NCBI GenBank assembly: GCA_900551585.1
Contig: URWU01000001.1
Coordinates: 1-35,583, forward strand
Direction: 5' to 3'
DNA length: 35,583 bases
From: an uncultured Alphaproteobacteria bacterium
GTDB taxonomy: Bacteria; Pseudomonadota; Alphaproteobacteria; RF32; CAG-239
Shown: positions 1-9,439 of the stretch, in pieces
Numbering within the stretch: the first letter of the stretch is position 1
How the letters are laid out: the number at the start of each line of letters is the position of its first letter
Program-made: the position numbers and the translations under genes
Notes under the pieces: model-generated
Told to the model about the DNA's origin: nothing
The model's input: only the letters and a program-made list of their open reading frames with translations
The model's database searches: none

Positions 1-1555
1 AATCAATAACATCATTAAACCATTTGAAAAAACCGGTCGGATTGTCCTGTTTGTCACCGCGCAGGAAAATGGCACACAAAGACGGGCTCAGTGTCAGCGC
101 ATTAAAAGCAGAAAAGACAACCGCTGTGGCAATGGTGACGGCAAACTGCTGATAAATCTTACCGGTGATACCGGCCATTAAACCAACGGGAATAAAAATC
201 GACAGCAAAACGAAAGTGGTGGCGATAATCGCACTGGCAATCTGCTGCATGGCTTTGACGGACGCCGCCTGAGAATCCATTTTTTCATAGACCATCAGAT
301 ACTGCACGCGCTCAACGACAATAATCGCATCATCAACCACCAATCCAATCGCCAGAATCATCGCAAACAGGGTCAGAATATTAATATCAAAGCCCAAAAG
401 ATAGATGACGGCAAAGGTCGCAATCAGCGAAACCGGAATGGTAATCAGCGGAATCAGCGTGGTTTTGGCGCGCTGCAAAAAGACATAAGTGACCAGAACC
501 ACCAGCGAAAACGTGATAATCAGCGTTTCCATAATACTGGCAATCGACGCACTGACATATTTGGTTGAGTCATAGGCGACAATCAGTTCCATATCATCAG
601 GAAAAGAGGCTTTCAAGGTTTCAATTTCTTTATAAATATCTTTCATGATATTCAAAGAGTTTGAGTTCGGCGTCTGGCTCAAGCCGATGATAACCGCCGG
701 AGCATTATCGAAATGGGCATTAACACCATAGCTGTCGGCGCCAAGCTCGATTTTGGCAACGTCTTTTAAGCGGACGATACCACCGTCCGGCGACGTGGCA
801 ATGACGATATTTTCAAAATCTTTGACATTATTGAGCAAACCTTTGGCTGTCAGAGACAAAACAATCGAATTATCTTTCGGGCTCGGTGCCGAACCGATGG
901 TGCCGACGGAAGCCTGAATATTCTGCGAAGAAATGGCATTGGCGACGGTTGTACTGTCTAACCCCAAAGAAGTGAGTTTGTCGGTATTGAGCCAGATGCG
1001 CATTGAATATTGCGGACCGTAAACCTGCACGTTACCAATTCCCTCAACGCGGGCAAGCGGGTTTTGCAGGTTGGTATAAGCATAGTTGCTGAGGTATAAG
1101 TCGCTGTAAGTATTTTTGGGTGAACGCAGCGCCAGCATACCCAGAATATTGGGGTTCTGAGTCTTAACGGTAATTCCTTCCTGCGTGACAATTGCCGGCA
1201 ATTGCGACATGACCTGCGACAAACGGTTCTGGACTTTTACCTGAGCGATGTCAGGATCGGTACCGATGTTAAAGGTAATCGTCAGCGTATATTGGCCGCT
1301 GTCATCAGAGGTTGAGGACATATAGAGCATGTTTTCAACGCCGTTAATCTGGTTTTCAATCGGTACGGCAACCGTATCAACCAAAACCTGCGCATTGGCG
1401 CCGGGATAATCGGTTTGAACCACAATCTGCGGCGGCGTGATTTCCGGATACTGCGAAACCGGCAGAACGGCAATTGCCAGCAAGCCGAGCAGAACCATGA
1501 CGATGGATACTACTCCGGCAAAACGCGGCTTATCAATAAAATATTCTGAAAACAT
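1..1555 (-). CDS. RND (AcrB/HAE1-type) efflux permease, N-terminal ~518 aa; 3' part lies beyond the left window edge
   Basis: Absent from the ORF track because it has no stop inside the window. The reverse complement from the ATG at 1555 reads MFSEYFIDKPRFAGVVSIVMVLLGLLAIAVLPVSQYPEITPPQIVVQTDYPGANAQ..., and later ...LAIGLVVDDAIIVVE.... This is the canonical RND N-terminus, TM1, periplasmic loop and TM4 motif. Its ATG overlaps the TAA of the adaptor gene (TAATG). Confidence 0.9.
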   Translation of the reverse strand, partial: MFSEYFIDKPRFAGVVSIVMVLLGLLAIAVLPVSQYPEITPPQIVVQTDYPGANAQVLVDTVAVPIENQINGVENMLYMSSTSDDSGQYTLTITFNIGTDPDIAQVKVQNRLSQVMSQLPAIVTQEGITVKTQNPNILGMLALRSPKNTYSDLYLSNYAYTNLQNPLARVEGIGNVQVYGPQYSMRIWLNTDKLTSLGLDSTTVANAISSQNIQASVGTIGSAPSPKDNSIVLSLTAKGLLNNVKDFENIVIATSPDGGIVRLKDVAKIELGADSYGVNAHFDNAPAVIIGLSQTPNSNSLNIMKDIYKEIETLKASFPDDMELIVAYDSTKYVSASIASIMETLIITFSLVVLVTYVFLQRAKTTLIPLITIPVSLIATFAVIYLLGFDINILTLFAMILAIGLVVDDAIIVVERVQYLMVYEKMDSQAASVKAMQQIASAIIATTFVLLSIFIPVGLMAGITGKIYQQFAVTIATAVVFSAFNALTLSPSLCAIFLRGDKQDNPTGFFKWFNDVID

Positions 1556-2709
1556 TATTTTTTCTCCGCAGTTTTAGTCCCGATATCCCGTCTGACAATT
1601 TTGACTTTTTCGCCTTCTTTATAACGGCTGACTTTGTCGGTTACCAAATATGTCTCCGGCGCAAAATTATTCTTGAGCAGATAATTGCCGCCGATAGTGT
1701 TGATTATTTCAACCGGAACGCGTTTTAACTGCGAATTTTGGACGGTATAAATAAAATTGCCGTCCGGAGCCAGAGAGACCAAAGTCTGCGGCACCAGAAT
1801 CCCGTCGGGATAAACTTTTTCAAGCAGCACATCAACATAAGCATTGGCAACCAGCGTGCGGTCATGATTTTCAAAATCGGCAAAAACGGCAATGGAATTG
1901 GTTTTGCGGTCAATGGCATTATCCGTAAACTGAAAACGTCCTTCTTTTTCAAAAATGCGGCCGTTGGACAGCCGGAGTTTGATTTTGTCACCGTTGAACA
2001 TGCTGTTCTGCCCTTTGGCAACTTCGTTCAGATATTCCTTGTCGGTAATCGAGAAAACAACGCGAATCGGATTTGTCTGGATAATACTGATGAGCGGTGT
2101 TGAGGCCGGCGAGACATAATCGCCTTTGGTGAGGTTTACATTGCCGACAATGCCGTCTATCGGCGCTTTGATAATGGTGTAATTATAAGTCACCAAGGCC
2201 AAATCGCGGTTGGCTTTGGCCTGAGCCAGAGCCGCCTGGGCCGATAAAAATTTGGCTTTGGCATTGTCGAGTTCGGTTTTGGAAATGGCCTGAGCACCGG
2301 CTTTTTTAACGCGCTGATAATAAAGGCTGGCATTGTTATAATCTGCCTGAGCCTGCAAAACCTGCGCCTTGGCTGCGTCTAATTTGGCCTTGTATTCATC
2401 CTGCTGGATAATAATCAGCGTTTGGCCGGCTTTGACTTCCTCCCCGCCCGAAACCATAATCTTATCAAGATAACCGTTAATATAAGGAACGACCGAAACC
2501 GAATGAATCGGCGTGACATAGCCGACATAACCTGTTTGCAGCGGCACATTCTGCCCTTTCAAGAGCACAACATTGTAGCTCGGCAGAGAATCTGTTTCCC
2601 GGCTTTCGGCCGCAGGCGGTGTCATCAGGGCATAGACCAGCAAAAGAGCTAAAATCACCAGGATTATCAGCAATTTTGAATAGACTTTTTTTCCGACCGG
2701 ATTTTGCAT
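1555..2709 (-). CDS. RND efflux periplasmic adaptor (membrane fusion protein, HlyD/AcrA family)
   Basis: 384-aa ORF with an N-terminal TM anchor (LLIILVILALLLVYALM). It has an A/Q/K-rich coiled-coil hairpin (YKAKLDAAKAQVLQAQADYNNA...AKFLSAQAALAQAKANRDLA) followed by beta-barrel-like segments. SD AGGGGA lies upstream. The stop overlaps the start of the RND permease. Confidence 0.9.
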   Translation of the reverse strand: MQNPVGKKVYSKLLIILVILALLLVYALMTPPAAESRETDSLPSYNVVLLKGQNVPLQTGYVGYVTPIHSVSVVPYINGYLDKIMVSGGEEVKAGQTLIIIQQDEYKAKLDAAKAQVLQAQADYNNASLYYQRVKKAGAQAISKTELDNAKAKFLSAQAALAQAKANRDLALVTYNYTIIKAPIDGIVGNVNLTKGDYVSPASTPLISIIQTNPIRVVFSITDKEYLNEVAKGQNSMFNGDKIKLRLSNGRIFEKEGRFQFTDNAIDRKTNSIAVFADFENHDRTLVANAYVDVLLEKVYPDGILVPQTLVSLAPDGNFIYTVQNSQLKRVPVEIINTIGGNYLLKNNFAPETYLVTDKVSRYKEGEKVKIVRRDIGTKTAEKK

Positions 2710-2852
2710 TGTTTTCGTCCCCTAAAACTTTATGACTAAGGTTTAAATAATGGGCTTAAAAGCTAATTCAATAGGGAAATTTCAGATAAAAATTACGGCC
2801 GGAAAATTATGTTTGATAATCCGCATATATCCAAAGATATAGGTACGTAAGT

Positions 2853-2881
2853 TTGCACAAAACGCTGTTTTATGCTATAAT
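2853..2881 (+). promoter_or_regulatory. sigma70-like promoter TTGCAC-N17-TATAAT upstream of the giant flagellin-family gene
   Basis: TTGCAC at 2853-2858, a 17-nt spacer, and TATAAT at 2876-2881, about 44 nt upstream of the ATG at 2925. Confidence 0.5.
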
Positions 2882-2924
2882 TTTACTTAGGACAGCAGGC
2901 TAACAACGTGTGTGGGAATCAAGA

Positions 2925-4922
2925 ATGATTAATACAAGCCTCAACAGCCCGATGACAATGAATCTGCTTAATTTACAATCTATTACCCAAGAGCAGGCTT
3001 CGGTGCAGCAGAAATTAGCAACCGGTTTGAAGGTCTCTTCTCCCCTGCATAATCCCAATGCATATTATACCGCCATCACCCTGCACAGCCAGGCTCAGGA
3101 GCTCAACAGCTTTATGGACGCGCTCGGCCAGTCGGTACAGGCGCTGAAAAATATTGATAATACCATCAACACCGGCATTAATTTTCTGGAGCAGGCTCTG
3201 GCAACGGCCCGCGTGGCTCTGGGCAACCTCATTAATAACGGCGGTTCGGCTCCGGTTCCGACACCTCCCGATAATGATATTACGCCGACACCGCCAACGC
3301 CCGGCAGCTCGGAAGTAACCCGCACCGATTTGGAAAACATCATGAAAGACAAAGGAATCAGCGGAAAGGTCGTGACCAATCAGGCAGAATTCATTGAGGC
3401 CGTCAACAATGCCGCAGCCGGAGACACTATTGCCATTCTCGGCAAAATCGATTTTTACAATGCCAGTTTTGATTTGAGCAACATAACAATCACCGGCGCC
3501 GACGGGCTTATCCGCAAACACGGGCTGGAGGATCAGTATTATGTCAAAGAAAGCGACCGCGCCGTTCTGAATTTCAGGATCGACGGCAGCGGCGACCATT
3601 CGGGCTTTGTGACCAAAAATAATGTGGCCGTTTCCGACCTGGCTCTTAATTACGAAGTTGAAACCAGCAGCAACGCCATCACCTATCAGATGATTACCAA
3701 CAGCGGTATTCTTGATTTGGAAAATGTCAGCATCTCCTTAAAAAGTGACAACAGGACCAGCGTTTATAATGATTTGATTGAAAATATCGACCGCGGCGCT
3801 ACAAATATTAAAGGCAAGGTCAATATTGATACCAATGATAACCGGACGTATATTTTCCATAACAGCTATTTCGGCCAGGTTATTCTTGATAAAGACGCAA
3901 CGCTTAATGTTGTCACCAAAGGCGATGCCGTCACAGTTTTTGACGGCGGCAAAATCGAGCTTTACGGCACCTTAAATGCCAATGCCGACGCTAATAATTT
4001 TACGCTTATGGATTATGGAAACAACATTATCGGCGGCCGGATAAATATTAATTCTCTTTTCAAATCCAGTTTTGGTTTAGGCGGCCGCAGCAACATCACC
4101 CTGTTGTCTACGGCGGATATCCGTATCAATACCGGAAGTTTTGCAGGCACGGCTTTTTCTTCAGGTTTTAAAATCAAATGGGAAAGCGGCGCTCAAATTA
4201 CATCCAATGAAACAACCAACTGGAAAGCCGGAAGCAGCGGCAATGCGGTTCCGGCAACTGATATCTTTTTCCAGGGCAGTCAGGATTTGAGCGCAATTTT
4301 AGGCTGGAACAAATCCGCCGTCAGAGTTTCGTTGACGGCACCCTCTTCCAAACCGCAAACTTCAGCCGAAAACGAGCTGCTTGATTATCTGAAGAAAGAA
4401 ACCGAAGAACTGACCAGTCAACAAAAAGCAATTTCTCTTGAAGCCGCAGCCAACCGTTATAACAGTATTTTAGATTACTACAATAACTTAATCGGAACCA
4501 ACAGCTATCTGAGTAAAAATCTGCTGCAAGACGATACAATGACGGTTAAATTCAGCACCGGAAAAGACAACAGGCTTGATATTAAGGGCCGCAATATCCA
4601 ATATGAGAAGCTCGGTCTCAATCAGGCCAACTGGGAAAAAGTTGCCGATATTGAAAAAAGCATAGATGAAGTGCAAAATGCTCTGGCCGACCTGCGCCGG
4701 CAAGGGCGCGAGTTCAGCAACTATAACAGCATTATTACCAGCCGTGATGATTTTATGGGAACTTTGTCAAATATCCTGACCGAGGGCGCCGACAAACTGA
4801 CTTTGGCCGATGTCAATGAAGAATCGGCAAATATGCTGGCTCTCAGCAGCCGCCAAATGCTGGCGACAAACGCGCTTTCTCTGGCGGCGCAGTCCAGCCG
4901 TTCCATTCTGTCCTTATTCTAA
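2925..4922 (+). CDS. Flagellin-family protein (665 aa) with ~370-aa central insertion (Pro/Thr linker plus putative parallel beta-helix domain)
   Basis: The track ORF 2910..4922 starts at GTG. The in-frame ATG at 2925 gives MINTSLNS..., a flagellin-like N-terminus. N-terminal QKLATGLKVSSPLHNPNAYYTAITLHSQAQELNS and C-terminal ILTEGADKLTLADVNEESANMLALSSRQMLATNALSLAAQSSRSILSLF align with the three flagellins at 30.4-35.5 kb. The central region has no counterpart in those genes. Confidence 0.85.
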   Translation: MINTSLNSPMTMNLLNLQSITQEQASVQQKLATGLKVSSPLHNPNAYYTAITLHSQAQELNSFMDALGQSVQALKNIDNTINTGINFLEQALATARVALGNLINNGGSAPVPTPPDNDITPTPPTPGSSEVTRTDLENIMKDKGISGKVVTNQAEFIEAVNNAAAGDTIAILGKIDFYNASFDLSNITITGADGLIRKHGLEDQYYVKESDRAVLNFRIDGSGDHSGFVTKNNVAVSDLALNYEVETSSNAITYQMITNSGILDLENVSISLKSDNRTSVYNDLIENIDRGATNIKGKVNIDTNDNRTYIFHNSYFGQVILDKDATLNVVTKGDAVTVFDGGKIELYGTLNANADANNFTLMDYGNNIIGGRININSLFKSSFGLGGRSNITLLSTADIRINTGSFAGTAFSSGFKIKWESGAQITSNETTNWKAGSSGNAVPATDIFFQGSQDLSAILGWNKSAVRVSLTAPSSKPQTSAENELLDYLKKETEELTSQQKAISLEAAANRYNSILDYYNNLIGTNSYLSKNLLQDDTMTVKFSTGKDNRLDIKGRNIQYEKLGLNQANWEKVADIEKSIDEVQNALADLRRQGREFSNYNSIITSRDDFMGTLSNILTEGADKLTLADVNEESANMLALSSRQMLATNALSLAAQSSRSILSLF

Positions 4923-4926
4923 AAAA

Positions 4927-5685
4927 TCAACTCATAAAAGAGCGAATCGAATTTTTCATTTCGGCAATATCGACATCGCGGCCGAGACGGTGGTTGCTGC
5001 CTTTTATCAGTTTGACAATCACGTCTTCACTTTGCAGGCACTTCAACAATTTGAACGGTTTTTGCGGATCAAGGTTTTTGTCCTCCGTTCCGTGAATGAT
5101 ATGAACCGGACAATGCACAGCCAGCGGGCTTTCAAGGAGCAGGTTTTCTCCGGCAGTCTCAAACATTTTCTGAGTGAAAACATAAGTAAAATCTTTCATC
5201 GGAAACAGGCATTTGCCTTTTTCTGCCATTTCGGCTTTGTTCTCCGGCGTGAAAACAAATCTTTCCATATCATAGGTGAAATCCGGCGCCGGCGCCAAGC
5301 CAATCACACCGGCAGCCCGCTGCGGCCGTTCGCGGGCTGCTATCAAACTCAGCCAGCCGCCGATTGATGAGCCGATATATAAAATTTTGCCGGCAATCAT
5401 TTCATCTGTCACTTCTAAAAGCTGCTCTTTCCAAGTATTGAAATCAACCTGTTCATAGCTGTCAATATCCGAGCCGTGGCCGGCCAGTTCGAATCGGAAA
5501 AACGGAATATTCTGTTCTTCACAGAAAGTTTTAATTTCTTCCGGCTTGCGTCCCCAAGGGTCGGAATAGAGGCCATGGACGTAAACGACGGTAAAATCAG
5601 GGCTATTTTTGTTAGTTTCGCAAGAATTTGCTTGGCTGAATTCAAAATTGGTTGTAAATTGCGATTTAAATGTGTGACTTGGCAT
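4927..5685 (-). CDS. alpha/beta-fold hydrolase (serine esterase/lipase-like)
   Basis: Nucleophile elbow GSSIGG, with upstream VVYVHGL and downstream HG..D..L segments. I place the start at the internal ATG 5685 (MPSHTFKSQ...), which has a GGAG SD about 10 nt upstream. The longer track ORF (to 5826) would overlap the divergent glycosyltransferase gene. The stop is only 4 nt from the stop of the convergent flagellin-family gene. Confidence 0.8.
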   Translation of the reverse strand: MPSHTFKSQFTTNFEFSQANSCETNKNSPDFTVVYVHGLYSDPWGRKPEEIKTFCEEQNIPFFRFELAGHGSDIDSYEQVDFNTWKEQLLEVTDEMIAGKILYIGSSIGGWLSLIAARERPQRAAGVIGLAPAPDFTYDMERFVFTPENKAEMAEKGKCLFPMKDFTYVFTQKMFETAGENLLLESPLAVHCPVHIIHGTEDKNLDPQKPFKLLKCLQSEDVIVKLIKGSNHRLGRDVDIAEMKNSIRSFMS

Positions 5686-5732
5686 TTTTGACAAACTCCA
5701 GGTTAAAAATATTGAAGGATTATAGGAAGAAA

Positions 5733-6887
5733 ATGAGTAAAGGTAAAGATAAAAACCCGGTAATTTTACAAGTGCTGCCCGAGTTGGAGACAGGCGGTCT
5801 GGAAGTCGGTACGGTGGAAATGGCAACCGAACTGCAAAAACAGGGAATCAAAAATTTTGTCGCCTCCAAAGGCGGCCGCATGGTTTATGACCTGGATAAA
5901 ATCAAGGTCAAACATTTTACTCTGCCCTTAAAAAGCAAAAATCCTTTTACTATCTGGAAAAATGTCAGCCGTTTGGAAAAAGTCATTAAAGAAAACGGTG
6001 TTAATATTGTTCATGCCCGCTCGCGCGCTCCGGCCTGGAGTGCCTATTGGGCAGCCAAACGCGCAGGCGTGCATTTTGTCACCACTTTCCACGGTACTTA
6101 CGGCCTCGGCCCCTGGGGTTTGAAAAAAGCTTATAACAAGATTATGACTTTCGGCGAAAAAGTGATTGCAATTTCAACGCATATTAAAAATCATCTGCTG
6201 CAAAATTATAAAATCGACGAGAAGAATATCCGCCTGATTCACCGCTGCGCCGATATTGAGCGTTTTGCTCCCGAACTGGTCACTCAGGAAAGAATGATTA
6301 ATAAAATCAAAGAATATAACATTGCCGATGACAAGCCGGTTCTGCTGCTGCCCGGCCGCGTGACCCGCTGGAAAGGACAGCATCTTCTGATTGAAGCCCT
6401 GTCCAAAATGAAAAACCAGAACTACTACTGCATTATCACCGGCGACAGTCAGGGACGTCAGAAATATGTCGACTATCTGCACGAGCTGACCCGTCAATAT
6501 AAACTTGAAAACCGTATCGGCTTTTTCGGCCGCTACAGCGATGTGCCGGCTTTGATGATGGTTTCCAACGTGGTATTGTCAACGGCAATCGAGCCGGAAG
6601 CTTTCGGCCGCATTTCCGTTGAAGGACAGGCCATGGGTAAAATCGTCGTCGCCTCAAATATCGGCGGCTCGCTTGATACGCTTGAAGACGGCAAAACCGG
6701 CAAGCTTTATCAATTTGACGACCCGCAGGCTTTGGCCGATGCTTTGGACTGGGCATTAAACCTCTCCGAAGCAGAAAAAGCCAAAATCGGCAAAGCGGCG
6801 ATTAAAAATGTCAGAGAAAATTTTACAAAACAAATTATGTGTGATAAGACTATTGAAGTGTATAAAGAATTGCTTAATTCCAATTAA
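5733..6887 (+). CDS. GT4-family (group 1) glycosyltransferase
   Basis: N-terminal PELETGGLEVG and C-terminal EPEAFGRISVEGQAMGKIVVASNIGGSLDTLEDGKTG (E-x7-E region) are typical of retaining GT-B/GT4 enzymes. ATG at 5733 is preceded by AGGAAGA. The track start 5670 is an upstream over-extension. Confidence 0.85.
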   Translation: MSKGKDKNPVILQVLPELETGGLEVGTVEMATELQKQGIKNFVASKGGRMVYDLDKIKVKHFTLPLKSKNPFTIWKNVSRLEKVIKENGVNIVHARSRAPAWSAYWAAKRAGVHFVTTFHGTYGLGPWGLKKAYNKIMTFGEKVIAISTHIKNHLLQNYKIDEKNIRLIHRCADIERFAPELVTQERMINKIKEYNIADDKPVLLLPGRVTRWKGQHLLIEALSKMKNQNYYCIITGDSQGRQKYVDYLHELTRQYKLENRIGFFGRYSDVPALMMVSNVVLSTAIEPEAFGRISVEGQAMGKIVVASNIGGSLDTLEDGKTGKLYQFDDPQALADALDWALNLSEAEKAKIGKAAIKNVRENFTKQIMCDKTIEVYKELLNSN

Positions 6888-6995
6888 TTATACTTAAAAA
6901 AGTTTGACCGGCGGCGTTTAGTGCTGTTTTGACTGCCGGTTGTTGACTGTAAAGCAGCAGAATTGAATAAATTTAAGAAAAAAGGAAATTTAAAT

Positions 6996-8927
6996 ATGGT
7001 TGCGATTAAATTGCCTGACGGCAGTAAATTAGATATGGAAAGCGGGGTCAACGGATTTGACATCGCTAATAAGATTAGCTCTAACCTGGCCAAAGCCGCT
7101 TTGGCTATCACCGTTAACGGAAAGACACAAGATCTGAGCACTCCTATCACTACCGACGCAACCGTGACTATCATCACCGGCAAGGATAAAGAGGGTTTGG
7201 AAATTATTCGTCACTCCTGCTCGCATGTTATGGCTCAGGCGGTTAAAGAATTGTGGAAAGACGTTCAGGTTACAATCGGACCGGCTATCGAAAACGGTTT
7301 TTACTATGACTTTGCCCGCAAAGAACCCTTTACGACCGATGATTTTGAAAAAATCGAAGCAAAAATGCACGAGATTATCAAACGCGATGAAAAACTTGAG
7401 CGTCTGGTTATGCCGCGCAATGAAGCGATTAAATACTTCAAAGATATGGGCGAAAATTACAAAGCAGAAATTATTGAAGACCTGCCGGAAGATGAAACAA
7501 TTTCACTATACCGCCAAGGTTCTTTCACCGATTTATGCCGCGGCCCCCACGTTCCGTCAACCGGCAAAATCGGCGATGCTTTCAAACTGATGAAAGTTGC
7601 CGGTGCTTATTGGCGCGGCGATTCAACCAAGGAAATGCTGCAGCGTATTTATGCAACGGCCTGGGCTGACAAAAAAGACCTCAAAGCTTATCTCGAGATG
7701 ATGGAAGAAGCCGCCAAACGCGACCACCGCAAACTCGGCCGCGAAATGGACTTGTTCCATTTTGAACCGGAATATGCACCGGGTGCCGTTTTCTGGCACG
7801 ATAAAGGTTTCAAAATCTATCGCAAACTGATTGAGTATATGCGCAAACGCCAAGAGAACAACGGTTATATCGAAATCGCCACACCGCGTATTATGGACCG
7901 CTGCCTGTGGGAGACATCAGGCCACTGGGATAAATACGGCGCGCATAACTATTCCGGCAAAACCGAAGATGAAAAACAATTCTGCGTTAAACCGATGAAC
8001 TGCCCCGGCGGTCTGCTGGTTTACAAGCAGGGTATCAAATCATACCGCGACCTGCCGCTGCGTGTTGCCGAGTTTGGCATGGTCAACCGTTATGAAGCTT
8101 CCGGCTCACTGATGGGACTTATGCGTGTTCGCGAGTTTACCCAAGATGATGCGCACATCTTCTGCACCTTGGAGCAAATGGAAGAAGAATGCGTTAAAAC
8201 CATTAAACTGATTTTGGACATTTACAAAGACTTTGGTTTCAACGATGTGAAGATTTATCTCTCTACCCGCCCCGACAGCGTTTACCGTATCGGTTCAGAT
8301 GAGGTTTGGGATGTTTCCGAGCAGGCTTTGGCCAATGCTTTGGAGCATAACGGCTATCAGTATGAAATCAACCCCGGCGAAGGCGCTTTCTACGGCCCGA
8401 AACTGGAATTCATTCTCAAAGACGCTATCGGCCGCGAATGGCAGTGCGGTACCGTCCAGATGGATATGAACCTGCCGCAGCGTTTTGATATTTCTTATAT
8501 CGGCGAAGACGGCGAGAAACATCAGCCGGTTATGCTGCACCGCGCTTTGTTCGGCTCAATCGAACGTTTCCTCGGTATTTTGATTGAAAACCATGCCGGC
8601 AAGCTGCCTTTGTGGCTGTCTCCGGAGCAGGTTGTCGTCTGCCCGATTACCAGCGATATGGACGATTATGCCGAAGAAGTTACCAAAAAACTGAAAGCTG
8701 CCGGTTTGTATGCAAAATCTGACCTCAGAAATGAGAAGATTAACTACAAAGTCCGTGAGCATTCAGTTACCAAGATTCCGGTCATTGCCGTTGTCGGTGC
8801 CAAAGAAAAAGAAAACCAGACGGTTACTATCCGCCGTATCGGTTCTGACAAACAGGAAGTGATGAAGCTTGATGACTTTATCAACGCAATGGTCAAAGAA
8901 GCGACAATGCCGTCGCAAGACAGATAG
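6996..8927 (+). CDS. thrS: threonine--tRNA ligase
   Basis: Full-length class II ThrRS: a TGS-like N-terminus (VAIKLPDGS...), the editing-domain HSCSHVMAQA motif, and catalytic-core strings (CRGPHVPSTG, FHFEPEYAPGAVFWHDKG, QDDAHIFC, GAFYGPKLEF). ATG at 6996 has AAGGA upstream. The track start 6963 is a TTG over-extension. Confidence 0.97.
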   Translation: MVAIKLPDGSKLDMESGVNGFDIANKISSNLAKAALAITVNGKTQDLSTPITTDATVTIITGKDKEGLEIIRHSCSHVMAQAVKELWKDVQVTIGPAIENGFYYDFARKEPFTTDDFEKIEAKMHEIIKRDEKLERLVMPRNEAIKYFKDMGENYKAEIIEDLPEDETISLYRQGSFTDLCRGPHVPSTGKIGDAFKLMKVAGAYWRGDSTKEMLQRIYATAWADKKDLKAYLEMMEEAAKRDHRKLGREMDLFHFEPEYAPGAVFWHDKGFKIYRKLIEYMRKRQENNGYIEIATPRIMDRCLWETSGHWDKYGAHNYSGKTEDEKQFCVKPMNCPGGLLVYKQGIKSYRDLPLRVAEFGMVNRYEASGSLMGLMRVREFTQDDAHIFCTLEQMEEECVKTIKLILDIYKDFGFNDVKIYLSTRPDSVYRIGSDEVWDVSEQALANALEHNGYQYEINPGEGAFYGPKLEFILKDAIGREWQCGTVQMDMNLPQRFDISYIGEDGEKHQPVMLHRALFGSIERFLGILIENHAGKLPLWLSPEQVVVCPITSDMDDYAEEVTKKLKAAGLYAKSDLRNEKINYKVREHSVTKIPVIAVVGAKEKENQTVTIRRIGSDKQEVMKLDDFINAMVKEATMPSQDR

Positions 8928-9005
8928 GCGTCTGCAGGCATTATTCTGACATCGTATCTGCTTGCGATACACGTACATTATTCTAAAACTATGTACAGGA
9001 TATCC

Positions 9006-9040
9006 AAAAAAATCCCTCGGAATTTTCGGGGGATTTTTTT
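9006..9040 (+). terminator. rho-independent terminator after thrS
   Basis: AATCCCTCG / CGGGGGATT stem (one G-U pair), loop GAATTTT, followed by a T7 run. Confidence 0.7.
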
Positions 9041-9158
9041 ATCCGGTCAGCGGGTCATTATTTTATATAAATTTTTTGATTAACTATCGGAATCATAAAC
9101 ATTTTTTAATCATTCAATTATAGATTGATTTTGATTTGTTTAATTTTGGAGATAATCA

Positions 9159-9428
9159 ATGACGATTTATAATGAAGACGCTATCCGCGAAGCTGCTTAC
9201 TATATTTGGAAAAATAACGGTTGCCCGGCCAACACCAGCGCTCATGACTGGAATGCGGCTATCAGCCAGCTGAATTCCCTCAGTGCCGCTGCAGCTCTTA
9301 AAAACGGCCGCAAAAAAGCCGCTTCGGCAACTTCCGGCGCAAAATTGGCAAAAGCAGCTTTGGCTCTCAAAGCTTCTGCTTCCGGCAGCCGCAAAATGCC
9401 GCAGATTATTCTGACTTCTAAGAAATAA
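9159..9428 (+). CDS. small DUF2934-like protein with Ala/Lys-rich C-terminal tail
   Basis: 89 aa. The N-terminal IREAAYYIWKNNGCPANTSAHDWNAAISQL matches my recollection of the DUF2934 pattern (I..AY..W...G.P.G....DW..A). SD GGAG lies 7 nt upstream, with a hairpin and T-run downstream. Confidence 0.55.
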   Translation: MTIYNEDAIREAAYYIWKNNGCPANTSAHDWNAAISQLNSLSAAAALKNGRKKAASATSGAKLAKAALALKASASGSRKMPQIILTSKK

Positions 9429-9439
9429 ACCGCAAACGC

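Noticed and set aside
5670-5826. Apparent 157-nt overlap of the divergent ORFs 4927..5826 (-) and 5670..6887 (+)
   Set aside because: Both track ORFs are over-extended. Internal ATGs with good SDs (5685 on the minus strand with GGAG; 5733 on the plus strand with AGGAAGA) give typical N-termini and leave a 47-nt divergent spacer.
6888-6995. Possible T-box or other leader upstream of thrS
   Set aside because: The spacer is only about 108 nt and shows one short hairpin (ACCGGC...GCCGGT). I see no specifier-loop or T-box-like sequence, and the region is too short for a T-box riboswitch.
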